Source: an uncultured Clostridia bacterium (GTDB lineage: Bacteria > Bacillota > Clostridia > Christensenellales > UBA1242). Taken from it: DNA of 64,000 nt. Each line of letters starts with the position of its first letter. Within the stretch, counting starts at the first letter, position 1. The notes under the pieces are model-generated. The model was given only the letters and a program-made list of their open reading frames with translations. It was not told the DNA's origin and did no database searches. This document shows, piece by piece, positions 18,263 through 27,484 of this stretch. The stretch is taken from positions 24,411 to 88,410 of the forward strand of contig CALVOK010000043.1 of NCBI GenBank assembly GCA_944350275.1, in the 5' to 3' direction. The position numbers were made by a program, and so were the translations under genes.

Positions 18263-19495
18263 ATGTTAAAGGAACTGACAAATAAGCAAATAGAAAATGA
18301 AATGGACTTTTTCTACAAAGTTAAACGAACAAAACCTTTTGTGTACAATGAGGGAAACAAAACTGACATTATTATCAGTGTGTCCTCTGCCCTGCAAGAG
18401 AAAAATAATCTTGCTCACCTTGCAAGCAGGCTTTTAAATAAGTATTATGGATATTCAATTTTGTGCAATATTTCTAAAAACAATGAGGATACGTCATTTA
18501 AAGAAAAAATGGCAGAACTGTGCGAAAAGGATAAGCCTATTATTGTTATTGACCTTACAAGTCTGGTAAATGGTAAGGATAGTGGTGACTATGCTATCAA
18601 TTTATGCACAAATTTGGGCAGAACCTTGCATGACGACACCGAAATGCTGGAAGAGGTTATATCTTCATTTAAAAACTACCGAATAAACAAAATTAATATT
18701 GACAGTCCTTGCCAAAATCAATCATTTTTTGCCGAGTGGCTTGCTGAAAATTATAAGCAAAAGGCGGTGCAAATTGAGTTAAACAAGCAGTATTTTTCTT
18801 TGTCGAACAAAAATATTGTCAAACTTGTCAATGCTATCCACTTTTTATGTCAAACTTTGAGGCAACGTGATGTGGTTCGCTCAAGGCATATTGACATAAA
18901 AAAATTGAGAAAAATAGATGAAAACTTCTCATCAAAAGACAGTTTGAACGACTTTGAATATGTCAACGGACTGCCTGAAATAGTCCTTTCCGCTCCTCAT
19001 GCTAAGGCTGGTGTTTTTGAAAATAAACCAAAAGAAAGCGAGAGCATGAGTGGTAGCATATGTAAAATTTTGTACAAGGAATTCGGGTTCTCAGTCATCT
19101 ACAAAAGTCGAGATAATGAGGAGGACTATTTTAATTCTAAAGTAAATGCCTACAAAAATGCCCTATTTAAAAATGTTCTGTCTCCTAGTACAAGACTGTT
19201 TTTGGAACTGCATATTTTAAGCAAGACGCGTGTCCAGGATGTCACCCTATTTCTGCCTGAGGAGTACGACAAGGACAAACTCTATCAAATTATCAATGTG
19301 CTTAATAGTTACGGACTACAATATTTCTCTATCAATTCGGTGTTTGATTCCTTTAAAAAGGCAAGAACAATAAACCAAATCAAAAACAAGTGTTTCAAAA
19401 TGCAAATATGTTTCAATGAACGTCTTATCGAGGATAACAGAAAATTAAGGTCGGTTGTTGACTGTGTAAAGGATATTATTGCACTGTTTTTGTAA
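18263..19495 (+). CDS. Hypothetical protein (410 aa), apparently built from two halves
   Basis: Long ORF with an RBS-like aaaggatggg upstream. The second half (LSAPHAKAG...ESESMSG...LELH) faintly recalls amidohydrolase-type metal-site segments. No secure motif. Confidence 0.55.
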   Translation: MLKELTNKQIENEMDFFYKVKRTKPFVYNEGNKTDIIISVSSALQEKNNLAHLASRLLNKYYGYSILCNISKNNEDTSFKEKMAELCEKDKPIIVIDLTSLVNGKDSGDYAINLCTNLGRTLHDDTEMLEEVISSFKNYRINKINIDSPCQNQSFFAEWLAENYKQKAVQIELNKQYFSLSNKNIVKLVNAIHFLCQTLRQRDVVRSRHIDIKKLRKIDENFSSKDSLNDFEYVNGLPEIVLSAPHAKAGVFENKPKESESMSGSICKILYKEFGFSVIYKSRDNEEDYFNSKVNAYKNALFKNVLSPSTRLFLELHILSKTRVQDVTLFLPEEYDKDKLYQIINVLNSYGLQYFSINSVFDSFKKARTINQIKNKCFKMQICFNERLIEDNRKLRSVVDCVKDIIALFL

Positions 19496-19706
19496 TTTGT
19501 TTTTTATTTTGATAAAGTCATGTTTTTTTACTTGTGTTTTGTTAATTTATCAAATAAACCTATTGGTAAATTGCAAAATGCTTTTTGGTTGCAATTTAGT
19601 TATATTTTTATGATATAACCACTTTTATCATGATTTTTAATGTTTTTTCTTATTTTTAATTGACTATTTTTGTTTTTTATTGTATCATATTTAGGAAATC
19701 TGTTAT

Positions 19707-19780
19707 AGGGGTGTAGTTCATCGGTAGAATAAGAGTCTCCAAAACTCATGAGGTGGGTTCGATTCCTGCCACCCCTGCCA
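19707..19780 (+). tRNA. tRNA-Trp (anticodon CCA)
   Basis: Cloverleaf read by hand. Acceptor AGGGGTG/CACCCCT, anticodon loop CTCCAAA, T-loop TTCGATT, encoded 3' CCA. Confidence 0.9.
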
Positions 19781-19808
19781 GATTTATTTTTTGTTATAGG
19801 AGATTTTT

Positions 19809-20426
19809 ATGGTTATTGGTGTAGATATTGACGGAGTGCTGTGTAATCTTAATAGGTATACATGGAAATATTTTAAAAAATTCTTAAAGGAGAAAAAAAT
19901 TCCTTTTAAATTTAACAAGTCAAAGGTAAAGTTTTATCAGCAATTCAATGTTACACCTGAGATTGAAGATGAATTTTGGGAAAGGTATGCTTTTGACTAT
20001 GCGAAAAAAGTGCGGATGAGCAATCATGCAAGTTTTTATATGAACAAACTGCATAAGGCTGGGCACAAACTTATTATTATCACCTCAAGGACTTTCTCCT
20101 ATCTTGAAAATGAGAAAGGCGAAAAAATGCGTGAGGCGGTCAAAAAGTGGCTTGCGAAAAATAAAATTTACTATGACAAAATATATTTTTGTTATGACAA
20201 AGCAAAGGTTATCCGCGAGGAAAAAGTGGATGTTATGCTTGAGGATAGCCCTAAAAACATTGAAAACCTATCAAAGATTGTCCCTGTCATAATCTTTAAA
20301 AACCCAGCAAATAAATTCTGCAAAGGTAAAAATAAAATCTTAATAAATGGGTGGAAAGATTTAATTGGGGGGACACCCAACTTTCTTAACGCGGGCACGA
20401 CTTGCAAGGGCAAGCCTAACCGCTAA
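19809..20426 (+). CDS. HAD-superfamily 5'(3')-deoxyribonucleotidase-like phosphatase; the last ~21 codons are supplied by the inserted repeat element
   Basis: N-terminal DxDGV motif (VIGVDIDGVLCN), IIITSR (motif II) and a downstream acidic motif (MLEDSPKN). The reading frame runs into the element beginning at 20364. Confidence 0.7.
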   Translation: MVIGVDIDGVLCNLNRYTWKYFKKFLKEKKIPFKFNKSKVKFYQQFNVTPEIEDEFWERYAFDYAKKVRMSNHASFYMNKLHKAGHKLIIITSRTFSYLENEKGEKMREAVKKWLAKNKIYYDKIYFCYDKAKVIREEKVDVMLEDSPKNIENLSKIVPVIIFKNPANKFCKGKNKILINGWKDLIGGTPNFLNAGTTCKGKPNR

Positions 20427-20809
20427 AAGACGCATTTCTTCGAGTCCCTCTCGAAATGCTTTCGGTTTCCCTCCCAGACCCCTTTCCGACCCCCTTGAAA
20501 TTTACTCTGTAAATTTCTGCGTAATTTGGAGTCTTACCGACTATATTTCCATGACGCATAGTTTGTAAAATATGTAAATAATATCTTTAGGGACACCCAA
20601 CAAACCTTACGTTCGACGACTGTCCGATGTAGTGTATTTAAAATATAGATTACACTGACCGCTCTCGAACCAAATGTTCGACGACTGTCCGATGTAGTGT
20701 ATTTAAGATATTATTGTGGTTTCCGCTCTCCCAAATAAGAAAGTGAAAGCGGATAATCCGCCCGCTCTCGAACCAAATGTTCGACCAAACTAAGTTTGGT
20801 CCCCCCAAT
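20364..20809. mobile_element. MITE-like non-coding element, 446 bp, with 11-bp terminal inverted repeats and a 5-bp target-site duplication
   Basis: ATTGGGGGGAC at 20364-20374 is the exact reverse complement of GTCCCCCCAAT at 20799-20809. ATTTA flanks both ends (20359-20363 and 20810-20814). Internal direct repeats are a 31-mer at 20611 and 20676, a 24-mer at 20659 and 20762, and a 12-mer gggacacccaac at 20370 and 20590. The element is locally GC-rich and has many hairpins. Confidence 0.6.
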
Positions 20810-20811
20810 AT

Positions 20812-21159
20812 TTAAAAGCCTAATGAAATCAACAATGCCTTATTGACCTCTCTCATTTTCTCTGGCGAAAGAGTTGTAACTTTCTCTTGCAGACGTCTTT
20901 TGTCGAGTGTTCTTATCTGCTCAAGCAGAGCAACAGAGTTCTTGGGAAGATTATATTTTTCAGCAGGCAGTTCTATATGCGTGGGCAGTTTCGCCTTGCC
21001 AAGTTGACTTGTTATTGCAGAGACTATCACCGTCGGCGAATACTTGTTTCCAACATCATTTTGAATTATAAGCACAGGACGAACGCCACCCTGTTCACTA
21101 CCAACAACAGGGCTAAGGTCTGCGTAGTAAATTTCACCTCTTTTTATCTGTCCTTCCAT
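20812..21159 (-). CDS. mazF: MazF/PemK-family endoribonuclease toxin (EndoA/NdoA-like)
   Basis: 115 aa, [48 protein letters not shown]...PTHIEL...[16 protein letters not shown], closely matching the Bacillus EndoA pattern and including the conserved Arg and Thr/Ser. Confidence 0.9.
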   Translation of the reverse strand: MEGQIKRGEIYYADLSPVVGSEQGGVRPVLIIQNDVGNKYSPTVIVSAITSQLGKAKLPTHIELPAEKYNLPKNSVALLEQIRTLDKRRLQEKVTTLSPEKMREVNKALLISLGF

Positions 21160-21379
21160 GTCCTTCCTTATTCCAAAAGTCTATCAAGTCGGCTTTTTCG
21201 AGTGGCAAAAGTTCCTCTTTGGTCTCTTGGTAGACCTCATCAAACACATTTTGCTTATCTACTTTCATATTATGCAACTTGTCACCAAAATTTGCATATA
21301 TGGTGGCAGAAACAAAGTCATCTTTTGTCAATTTTTGTTTCTTTTTTAACTCTCGCTTAAGCCTAAATTTATCAAACAT
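21134..21379 (-). CDS. Putative cognate antitoxin of MazF (not obviously RHH/AbrB type)
   Basis: 81-aa ORF directly upstream that overlaps the mazF start by 26 nt. The C-terminal half is acidic and ends in ...[12 protein letters not shown] (an acidic segment with aromatic residues, MazE-tail-like). Confidence 0.5.
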   Translation of the reverse strand: MFDKFRLKRELKKKQKLTKDDFVSATIYANFGDKLHNMKVDKQNVFDEVYQETKEELLPLEKADLIDFWNKEGHGRTDKKR

Positions 21380-21490
21380 AATTATCCCCTTTTCAATAAA
21401 AATTTAAACATTCTTTATTATTTTGTTTAAAAATTGAAGTTTTATTTATAAAAAACACAAATTATCCTAAAATGTTGTTAAAAATAACAA

Positions 21491-21521
21491 AAAATATGCA
21501 CTGTTAGTGCATATTTTTTTT
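21491..21521. terminator. Bidirectional Rho-independent terminator downstream of acpS
   Basis: 9-bp stem atatgcact/agtgcatat (21494-21502/21506-21514), with an A-rich run upstream and T7 downstream. Confidence 0.65.
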
Positions 21522-21615
21522 CTTAATCAAGTTTTTTAACTTATAAATTTGTCAACTACCTAAAAACGACCTATTGCCCTTTTTCTCAAGTTAAGGCGGG
21601 AATATTTAAATTTAT

Positions 21616-21975
21616 TTACTCAATAACCGCAACCGCTACTGCCATTTTTGGTGTGTGAGAGATGGAAACTTCAATTTTTTTGCCCTGGAAATCTTTTTCA
21701 AACTTTTCAAGTGCCTTACCATGCAGAATAACAAAAGGTTTTCCGCTTGAGTCGTGCGAGAGTTCTATATCCAGATTGTTCCCCTCGCCTCTACCTATTC
21801 CGAGTGCCTTATTGACCGCACCTTTTACGCACTGCAAGGCACCTATCCTCTGATGACGGAGGCTCTCACAAAAAGACTTTTGTATATATTTTATCTCCTC
21901 ATCACTTGCAAGTTCTTTTAAAAACTGCTCGCTTGTGTCCACCTGGTCAATATCCGTCATATCAATTCCTATCAT
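21616..21975 (-). CDS. acpS: Holo-[acyl-carrier-protein] synthase
   Basis: 119 aa, MIGIDMTDIDQV..., ...KGAVNKALGIG..., SGKPFV, VSISHT..AVAVAVIE; the classic AcpS layout. Confidence 0.9.
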   Translation of the reverse strand: MIGIDMTDIDQVDTSEQFLKELASDEEIKYIQKSFCESLRHQRIGALQCVKGAVNKALGIGRGEGNNLDIELSHDSSGKPFVILHGKALEKFEKDFQGKKIEVSISHTPKMAVAVAVIE

Positions 21976-22582
21976 TTTCTAACTCCTCCCAAACATTTAA
22001 AATCAGACTGTAGTCATAGCCCTTACTCGCAAAGTGATTGTAAAACTTTTGCTTATTTTTTAGGTCAAATTCCTTGTTTTTCATGTATTTTTGCGCTAAA
22101 TTTAACAGATTTTCTCGCTCATCACCCTCGTCAAACAACTCTTCAATCTTTTTATCTATCAACTCCTGCCCTATCCCCTTTGATAAGAGGTCAAACTTGA
22201 GTTTTTTCTTGCTTTTGCTAAATCGGTATGAATTTATATAACTCTCACAAAAATTTTCGTCGTCAATGTAGCCATATTCTTTGAGTTTGTCAATTGCTTT
22301 TGTAATGCTCTCTTTTGGATAACCCTTGCCCTGCAAAAAGTCCCTTAGTATTTTCTCACTTTTCATGCTCTTTTCAAGAAGAGAAAGTCCCCTATTAAAA
22401 CAGGCATAGTCACCATTTTCAACCTTTAACTGCTCGAAAAACTTTTCATCAAATTTTTGACCGCTTTTGAGACAATGTCTTGCTAGTATTTCCGCCTCAT
22501 AGACACCAAAAAACTCGCCGTCCAAATAGAGACTATATCGTAACCCCTTGCCTATCTTTTTTATCTCGGTTATCTCTTTCAT
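21962..22582 (-). CDS. recX: Recombination regulator RecX
   Basis: 206 aa with three-repeat helical RecX-like segments (RDFLQKGYPKESITKAIDKLKEYGYIDDENFCESYI...). Its 3' end overlaps the acpS start by 14 nt. Confidence 0.75.
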   Translation of the reverse strand: MKEITEIKKIGKGLRYSLYLDGEFFGVYEAEILARHCLKSGQKFDEKFFEQLKVENGDYACFNRGLSLLEKSMKSEKILRDFLQGKGYPKESITKAIDKLKEYGYIDDENFCESYINSYRFSKSKKKLKFDLLSKGIGQELIDKKIEELFDEGDERENLLNLAQKYMKNKEFDLKNKQKFYNHFASKGYDYSLILNVWEELENDRN

Positions 22583-22776
22583 AAGAGTATTATATCATAA
22601 TAATAACTATTTTTCTAAATAAAAAACAAATTAAAATAAGAATTTTTTAAATTTATCACCTTTTAGATAAAATTATAGTTATAACATAATACTACATAAG
22701 ATAAAACATATTTTTTCTGTTACTATTGAAAAAATACATTTTATATGCTAAAATATTAAATAGTTAAGGATGAATT

Positions 22777-23747
22777 ATGAAGAAAAAAGTTTTGACAATT
22801 GGTGTTATTTTTATAATTTTGGTGGCTGTTGTAGTGACGGCTGTGCTTTTAACCCTTCCCACAAACTATCAATTGATGAAAAATGACTATGTCGTCAACT
22901 CCAAAGTTGGACAGAGTATGGAGGTGCTTGGAACGGTCTCTCGAAAAATTCCTGAGCAGACCTCGAACGGCGGACTAAGTCGCTATCCTGTCTATGCGAC
23001 AACTCTTACAAACATGACGACCGAAGAGAAACAGGCTCTGCTTGACGAGGATGCCTCTCTTCGCGCGTCGTCATCCACCTATGATTCTATGGACAGTGAG
23101 GGTAACCTCTATCTTAATGGACAGGCGACAGGAGAGAAGTTATACAAGCATACCGCCTCGGTCGGAATGTACTACGGTAATGTTGATGATGACGAAGTCG
23201 CGGTTATTAAAAGAATTTCGGTTTCGCCAAGACCGCTTGGCAACTACATTACAGGGCTCTATGCCCCTGCTGGCGAGGTTATCAAAATGTCTCCTACTCT
23301 AACCGAACAATAAATGTCTCCTTTGATGAGGCAAATATTAGGTATTATAAGATTGTTGTCAAGGCGACAGATACCAACCGCTATGTTGCACTCGCCGAGA
23401 TAAATATGTCCTACGACTTCGCAGGCGGAGAAGAATACACCCCTGATGAGATGACCTATTACAATTTTGAGAAAAACTACACCCTCTCAACCTATGGGCA
23501 TTTGGTGGAAGGCAATGGCTATTTAACCTACAATTTCACTGGCACTCAGTTTGGTTTCTATGTGAGGCAAAAAGAAAATTGTGTCATTGAAATAGAAATT
23601 GACGGACAAAAAGATGAAATTACACTTGAAAATAATAATAAAAAAGAACTTGCATATTTTTCAAGTCTTTTGCAAAATTGTTCCCATAATGTAAAAATTA
23701 CTGTTCTTGAGGGCACTCTTTCAGTTGAAAGTATTATAATAAGATAA
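22777..23747 (+). pseudogene. Remnant of a large secreted or anchored protein (M60/enhancin-like N-terminal region plus C-terminal beta-sandwich) whose central part is missing
   Basis: ORF 22777..23313 (signal anchor, ...LGNYITGLYAPAGEVIKM) stops abruptly. An out-of-frame continuation (NVSFDEANIRYYKIVVKATDTNRYVALAEINMSYDF...) runs to 23747. The 11-bp direct repeat aaatgtctcct lies at 23285 and 23312, at the break. Confidence 0.45.
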
Positions 23748-23837
23748 TTTATATAAAGATTTTTGATGAATTTAAATTTAATAAAAAATAAATAATAATT
23801 TAAAAATATTTAATTTTAATAATTTAAAGATATAGTT

Positions 23838-24191
23838 TTAGTTAAATAATTGTGAAGTCACCTTTGCATAGACTCTCACAAGTCCGCCTGCACCGAGTTT
23901 TATTCCGCCAAAGTAGCGGACTATTATTACGCAAACATTTTCGACATTTTTCTTCTGCAAAACTGAGAGGATGGGTCTACCTGCTGTACCTGAGGGTTCT
24001 CCGTCGTCAACCGCCTTTTCAAAAAATGGAGTTTTAAGTCGGCAAGCCCAGCAAATATGTGTAGCCTTTTTGTGTTCTCTCTGCAAAAAAGACAGCGCCT
24101 CTTTTATTTCCTGTTCACTTTGGCACTCAAATAGATATCCATAAAATTTTGACTTTTTCTCAATAATTTCAATTTGATTTTTAAAGTTCAT
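23838..24191 (-). CDS. YigZ/IMPACT-family N-terminal domain protein (short form)
   Basis: 117 aa with KSKFYGY, ATHICWA, DDGEPSGTAGRPIL and VIIVRYFGGIKLGAGGLVRVY, all hallmark YigZ N-domain segments. The C-terminal domain of full-length YigZ is absent. Confidence 0.8.
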   Translation of the reverse strand: MNFKNQIEIIEKKSKFYGYLFECQSEQEIKEALSFLQREHKKATHICWACRLKTPFFEKAVDDGEPSGTAGRPILSVLQKKNVENVCVIIVRYFGGIKLGAGGLVRVYAKVTSQLFN

Positions 24192-24248
24192 ATGTCGATT
24201 TATGTCGGTTTGTAGAAATTTAATTTTTATAGTTTATTTACGCGAAAA

Positions 24249-24971
24249 CTAATATGTTATCTTAAAATAATCAAGTTTTTTCTTGTACTGGTCTTGTGCG
24301 GTAAGGCAGGTGTCAAGAAGATTCCCCCGCTCTTCCTCCCACATTTCTAGACCTCGGTAATAGTAATATTTCAAATCATCATCTATTATAAAAGGAACAA
24401 TGCTATTTTTAAGGCACTCTTTAAACATTATAAGTCTACCCACTCTGCCATTCCCATCTTGAAATGGATGTATGCACTCAAATTTTTGATGAAATGCAAC
24501 AATATCTTCAAAATTTTTGTGTGTCTTTTCGTTGTATTCATTCAATAATTTTATCATTTCGTCACTTACATTTTCAGGTGCTACTGTCTCCTTACCGCCA
24601 ATTGTGTTTGGTATTTTTTTATATTCTCCGACGTTGAACCACTCTTTTTTCTCGTCGCTGGTATTGCTTTTAAGCAATTTATGAAGATTTTTTATCATAT
24701 TAGTGCTGAGCGGTTTCTCAGCATTATCAATGCAATAGTCAAAGCACTTAAAATGATTTATTGTTTCGGTGATATCGTCTACATTGATAGGTTCGCTCGC
24801 TCCTATTGTGTTAGTCTCGTAAATATAACGAGTTTGCTCTTCTGTCAGTTTGCTACCCTCAATATGATTGGAGTTATAGGCAAATGATATCTGTGTAAAC
24901 TGATAAATTCCGCCTTTTAATTGCGACGTTTTCTCCTCTCTCAACCTTTTCAATATCTTGTTTCCTGCCAC
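24249..24971 (-). CDS. Fic-family protein with the canonical active site and an N-terminal inhibitory-helix motif
   Basis: HPFQDGNGRVGRL (HxFx[D/E]GNGRxxR). The upstream SNHIEG fits the (S/T)xxxE(G/N) auto-inhibition motif. 240 aa from a GTG start. Confidence 0.85.
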   Translation of the reverse strand: MAGNKILKRLREEKTSQLKGGIYQFTQISFAYNSNHIEGSKLTEEQTRYIYETNTIGASEPINVDDITETINHFKCFDYCIDNAEKPLSTNMIKNLHKLLKSNTSDEKKEWFNVGEYKKIPNTIGGKETVAPENVSDEMIKLLNEYNEKTHKNFEDIVAFHQKFECIHPFQDGNGRVGRLIMFKECLKNSIVPFIIDDDLKYYYYRGLEMWEEERGNLLDTCLTAQDQYKKKLDYFKITY

Positions 24972-25083
24972 TATATAACCTCATTATATTTCTAATATTT
25001 ATGGTGTTTTTATTTTAACTTATATATTTTTGTTATTATGATTTTTCCTTTTTTCTTCCTTATACTCTTTTATTTTTTATTTC

Positions 25084-26328
25084 TTATTTTATCACAACTT
25101 TGATGAAATTCTTTTTGCCTTTTTTGAGCAAAATTGAGTTGTTATCAAAATCTTTTTCGGATAATTTTAGAGTAAAATCACTCACCTTTTGACCTTTTAC
25201 AGAAATTGCTCCGCCTTGGATAAGTCGTCTTGCCTCGCTCTTTGATGGTGCAAGTCCAGTCTCAAACAAGAGGTCGCAGATTGATTTGCCATTTTGAAGT
25301 TCTCCTCTGTCAATCTCGAAAATTGGTGCGTCATCTCCACCCTCTGTAAATAGGTTCTCACTCATATCCCTTGCCTTAACTGCATCCTCTTCTCCGCGGA
25401 TAAACTTTGTTACTTCAAAGCAGAGAAGTTTTTTGGCTTTGACAATGTCCTCCTTGACGAGCGACCTAACCTTATCCATAGGTTCATCTGTAAAGAGAGC
25501 AAACATCATCTCAACACAGGCATCAGGTGTCTGATAGATTCCTTGATAGAAGTCGTATGCGGATATTTTGTCTTTGTTAATCCAAATTGCACCTTTCTCA
25601 GTCTTGCCCATTTTCTTGCCCTCAGGAGTGAGAAGAAGTGGGTTTGTCGCTCCGACCATGTTTCGTGTTTTTCCATCTTGGAAACTCATTTTTCTTGCAA
25701 GTTTGACTCCTGCTGTAATGTTCCCCCACTGGTCAGCACCGCCCCACTCGAGAGTACAACCATATTTTTCATTTAAGTGGACAAAGTCGTATGCTTGCAT
25801 TGGCATATAACCCATTTCGAAGAAAGTAAGACCGCCCTCTTCAAGACGGTTATCATAGATTTCGCTTGAGAGCATTTCATTTACATTAAAAAACTGACCT
25901 ATCTCTCGCATAAAATCAATATAGGTTAAATCTTTAAACCAATCATAATTGTTGACAATCTCTGCCTTGTTCTCGCCCTCAAAGTCCAAAAATACCTTCA
26001 ATGTGTCCTTGATTTTGTCAATATTTGATTGAATTTGCTCCTTTGACATAATCTTTCTTATCTCGCTTTTACCAGATGGGTCACCTATGCAGGCAGTCGC
26101 TCCGCCCATAAGCAGATATACCTTATGCCCTGCCTGTTGAAATCTTCGCATGATAACATAAGGCACGCAGTGTCCTATATGCAAACTGTCGGCGGTTGGG
26201 TCTGTGCCCTCATAAAGAGCAATAGGTTTTCCGCTTTCAAGCAACTTTTGCAGTGCCTGCTCATCCGTACACTGATAGAGAAGTCCTCGCTCCTTTAACT
26301 GCCTATATAAATTTGTATTGACTTTCAT
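25084..26328 (-). CDS. tyrS: Tyrosine--tRNA ligase
   Basis: The start at 26328 (MKVNTNLYRQLKERGLLYQ..., RBS aggagag) is preferred over the track start. HIGH-type motif (LHIGH), KMGKT (KMSKS-type) and a C-terminal S4-like domain. Confidence 0.93.
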   Translation of the reverse strand: MKVNTNLYRQLKERGLLYQCTDEQALQKLLESGKPIALYEGTDPTADSLHIGHCVPYVIMRRFQQAGHKVYLLMGGATACIGDPSGKSEIRKIMSKEQIQSNIDKIKDTLKVFLDFEGENKAEIVNNYDWFKDLTYIDFMREIGQFFNVNEMLSSEIYDNRLEEGGLTFFEMGYMPMQAYDFVHLNEKYGCTLEWGGADQWGNITAGVKLARKMSFQDGKTRNMVGATNPLLLTPEGKKMGKTEKGAIWINKDKISAYDFYQGIYQTPDACVEMMFALFTDEPMDKVRSLVKEDIVKAKKLLCFEVTKFIRGEEDAVKARDMSENLFTEGGDDAPIFEIDRGELQNGKSICDLLFETGLAPSKSEARRLIQGGAISVKGQKVSDFTLKLSEKDFDNNSILLKKGKKNFIKVVIK

Positions 26329-26591
26329 TTTTTCTCTCCTAAAATTGTTATTTTCTCTCTTAAAATTCTTATTTATAAATGTAACATTTATAGAAAAAAA
26401 AGTCAACTTAATTTGAATTAAATTGACTTATTTGAATTAATTTTTTAAGTTGTTTATTTTTCAATTTTTTTCAGTCGCGAAACAACGCATATATGCAACC
26501 TATACATAATTTTTTAGTTAATTTATATATTTTTACATATTTTTGGTTAAATTTTTATATATTTTTTGAAAAATAACTTTAAAATTTAAAA

Positions 26592-27191
26592 TTATTCCTG
26601 CTCAGTTGTTGTTTCTTGACTGCCCTCTGTCTTTCTTCCTGCAAGGTAGAATTTAAGTGAAAATCCTGCCATAACAATTGAGACAATAGTAACAACTCCC
26701 ATAACTACCGCAAAGGCAATTGCTCCATTGCAAGTTGCAACCTCTCCTGCACTATCAAGAGAAAAGGCATTTATTGTTCCAACTTGGTCGCTCTCCCAAA
26801 GAGCATTCCATGTCTCAGGGTCGGCTTTCATGCTCTCAACTTCCGCCTCATATTCTTCACGAGTCATACCACTTGTGCCTGTTTCATCAACTAGTTTACC
26901 TGTTGGAAGAACTTTGTTTCCATTGATGACACACCACATTTGCATAGCAACTGAAGTTCCGCCGTCAAAACCTGTAACCTCCATAATTTCGTCACTGATA
27001 AATTTGGTTGATACGTCAACGGTTGTTCCGTCAGTGTCCTCAATGGTCATTGAGTAGGCCATGCCATAACTTACAGGTCTTGCAAGTACACCTATGTAAA
27101 GAGCGGTGAAGAAGAGTGCAAGCACGAGTAGAATTATCATGACGAATTGTTTGCCCATGATGTCTTTTGATTTGTCAATAAACTTTTTCAT
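26592..27191 (-). CDS. Hypothetical membrane protein (N- and C-terminal TM helices with an extracytoplasmic domain between them)
   Basis: 199-aa ORF with an RBS (aggaggg) before the ATG at 27191 and two clear hydrophobic helices. Confidence 0.6.
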   Translation of the reverse strand: MKKFIDKSKDIMGKQFVMIILLVLALFFTALYIGVLARPVSYGMAYSMTIEDTDGTTVDVSTKFISDEIMEVTGFDGGTSVAMQMWCVINGNKVLPTGKLVDETGTSGMTREEYEAEVESMKADPETWNALWESDQVGTINAFSLDSAGEVATCNGAIAFAVVMGVVTIVSIVMAGFSLKFYLAGRKTEGSQETTTEQE

Positions 27192-27484
27192 ATTTCCCTC
27201 CTGTTATATATATACAATAACATATTTTTGTGTGAAAAACAATCTATTTTCGACATTTTTTTTGTTTTTTTAATAATATTATTATTTTTTTATATAATAT
27301 TCACATATTTATATCTATTTTGGTTAGTTGTTTAATTAAAATTTAATATTATCTGTAAATAAAAGTTATTTAATTTATCATAAATAATTTATTTAATTTT
27401 TTAATGGTAACTTTTTAAATTATTTCACATTTCGTTTGACTTATTTTTTCGCTGTCTCTATAATAAAAAGTGGAGGAAAAATTT

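Noticed and set aside
19707-19780. An alternative genetic code with UGA read as Trp, as in Mycoplasmatota, suggested by the very low-GC spacers.
   Set aside because: The tRNA-Trp here has anticodon CCA, not UCA. TGA also terminates well-supported genes, for example the CPBP gene at 451-453 in an ATGA overlap with rlmH and the NifU-like gene at 28151-28153.
20364-20809. A known structured RNA (RNase P RNA, a riboswitch, a group I/II intron fragment, or an OLE/ROOL-type large RNA) explaining the GC-rich hairpin-dense interval.
   Set aside because: I could not find any family-defining core, such as the GAGGAAAGTCC of RNase P, an intron domain V, or riboswitch consensus boxes. The terminal inverted repeats plus target duplication fit a MITE better. 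This remains unverified without a covariance-model search.
26329-26591. A T-box leader upstream of tyrS.
   Set aside because: There is no GGTGG-type T-box sequence, no AGAGA/GNTGNRA stem I elements, and no terminator/antiterminator pair in the 260-nt leader.
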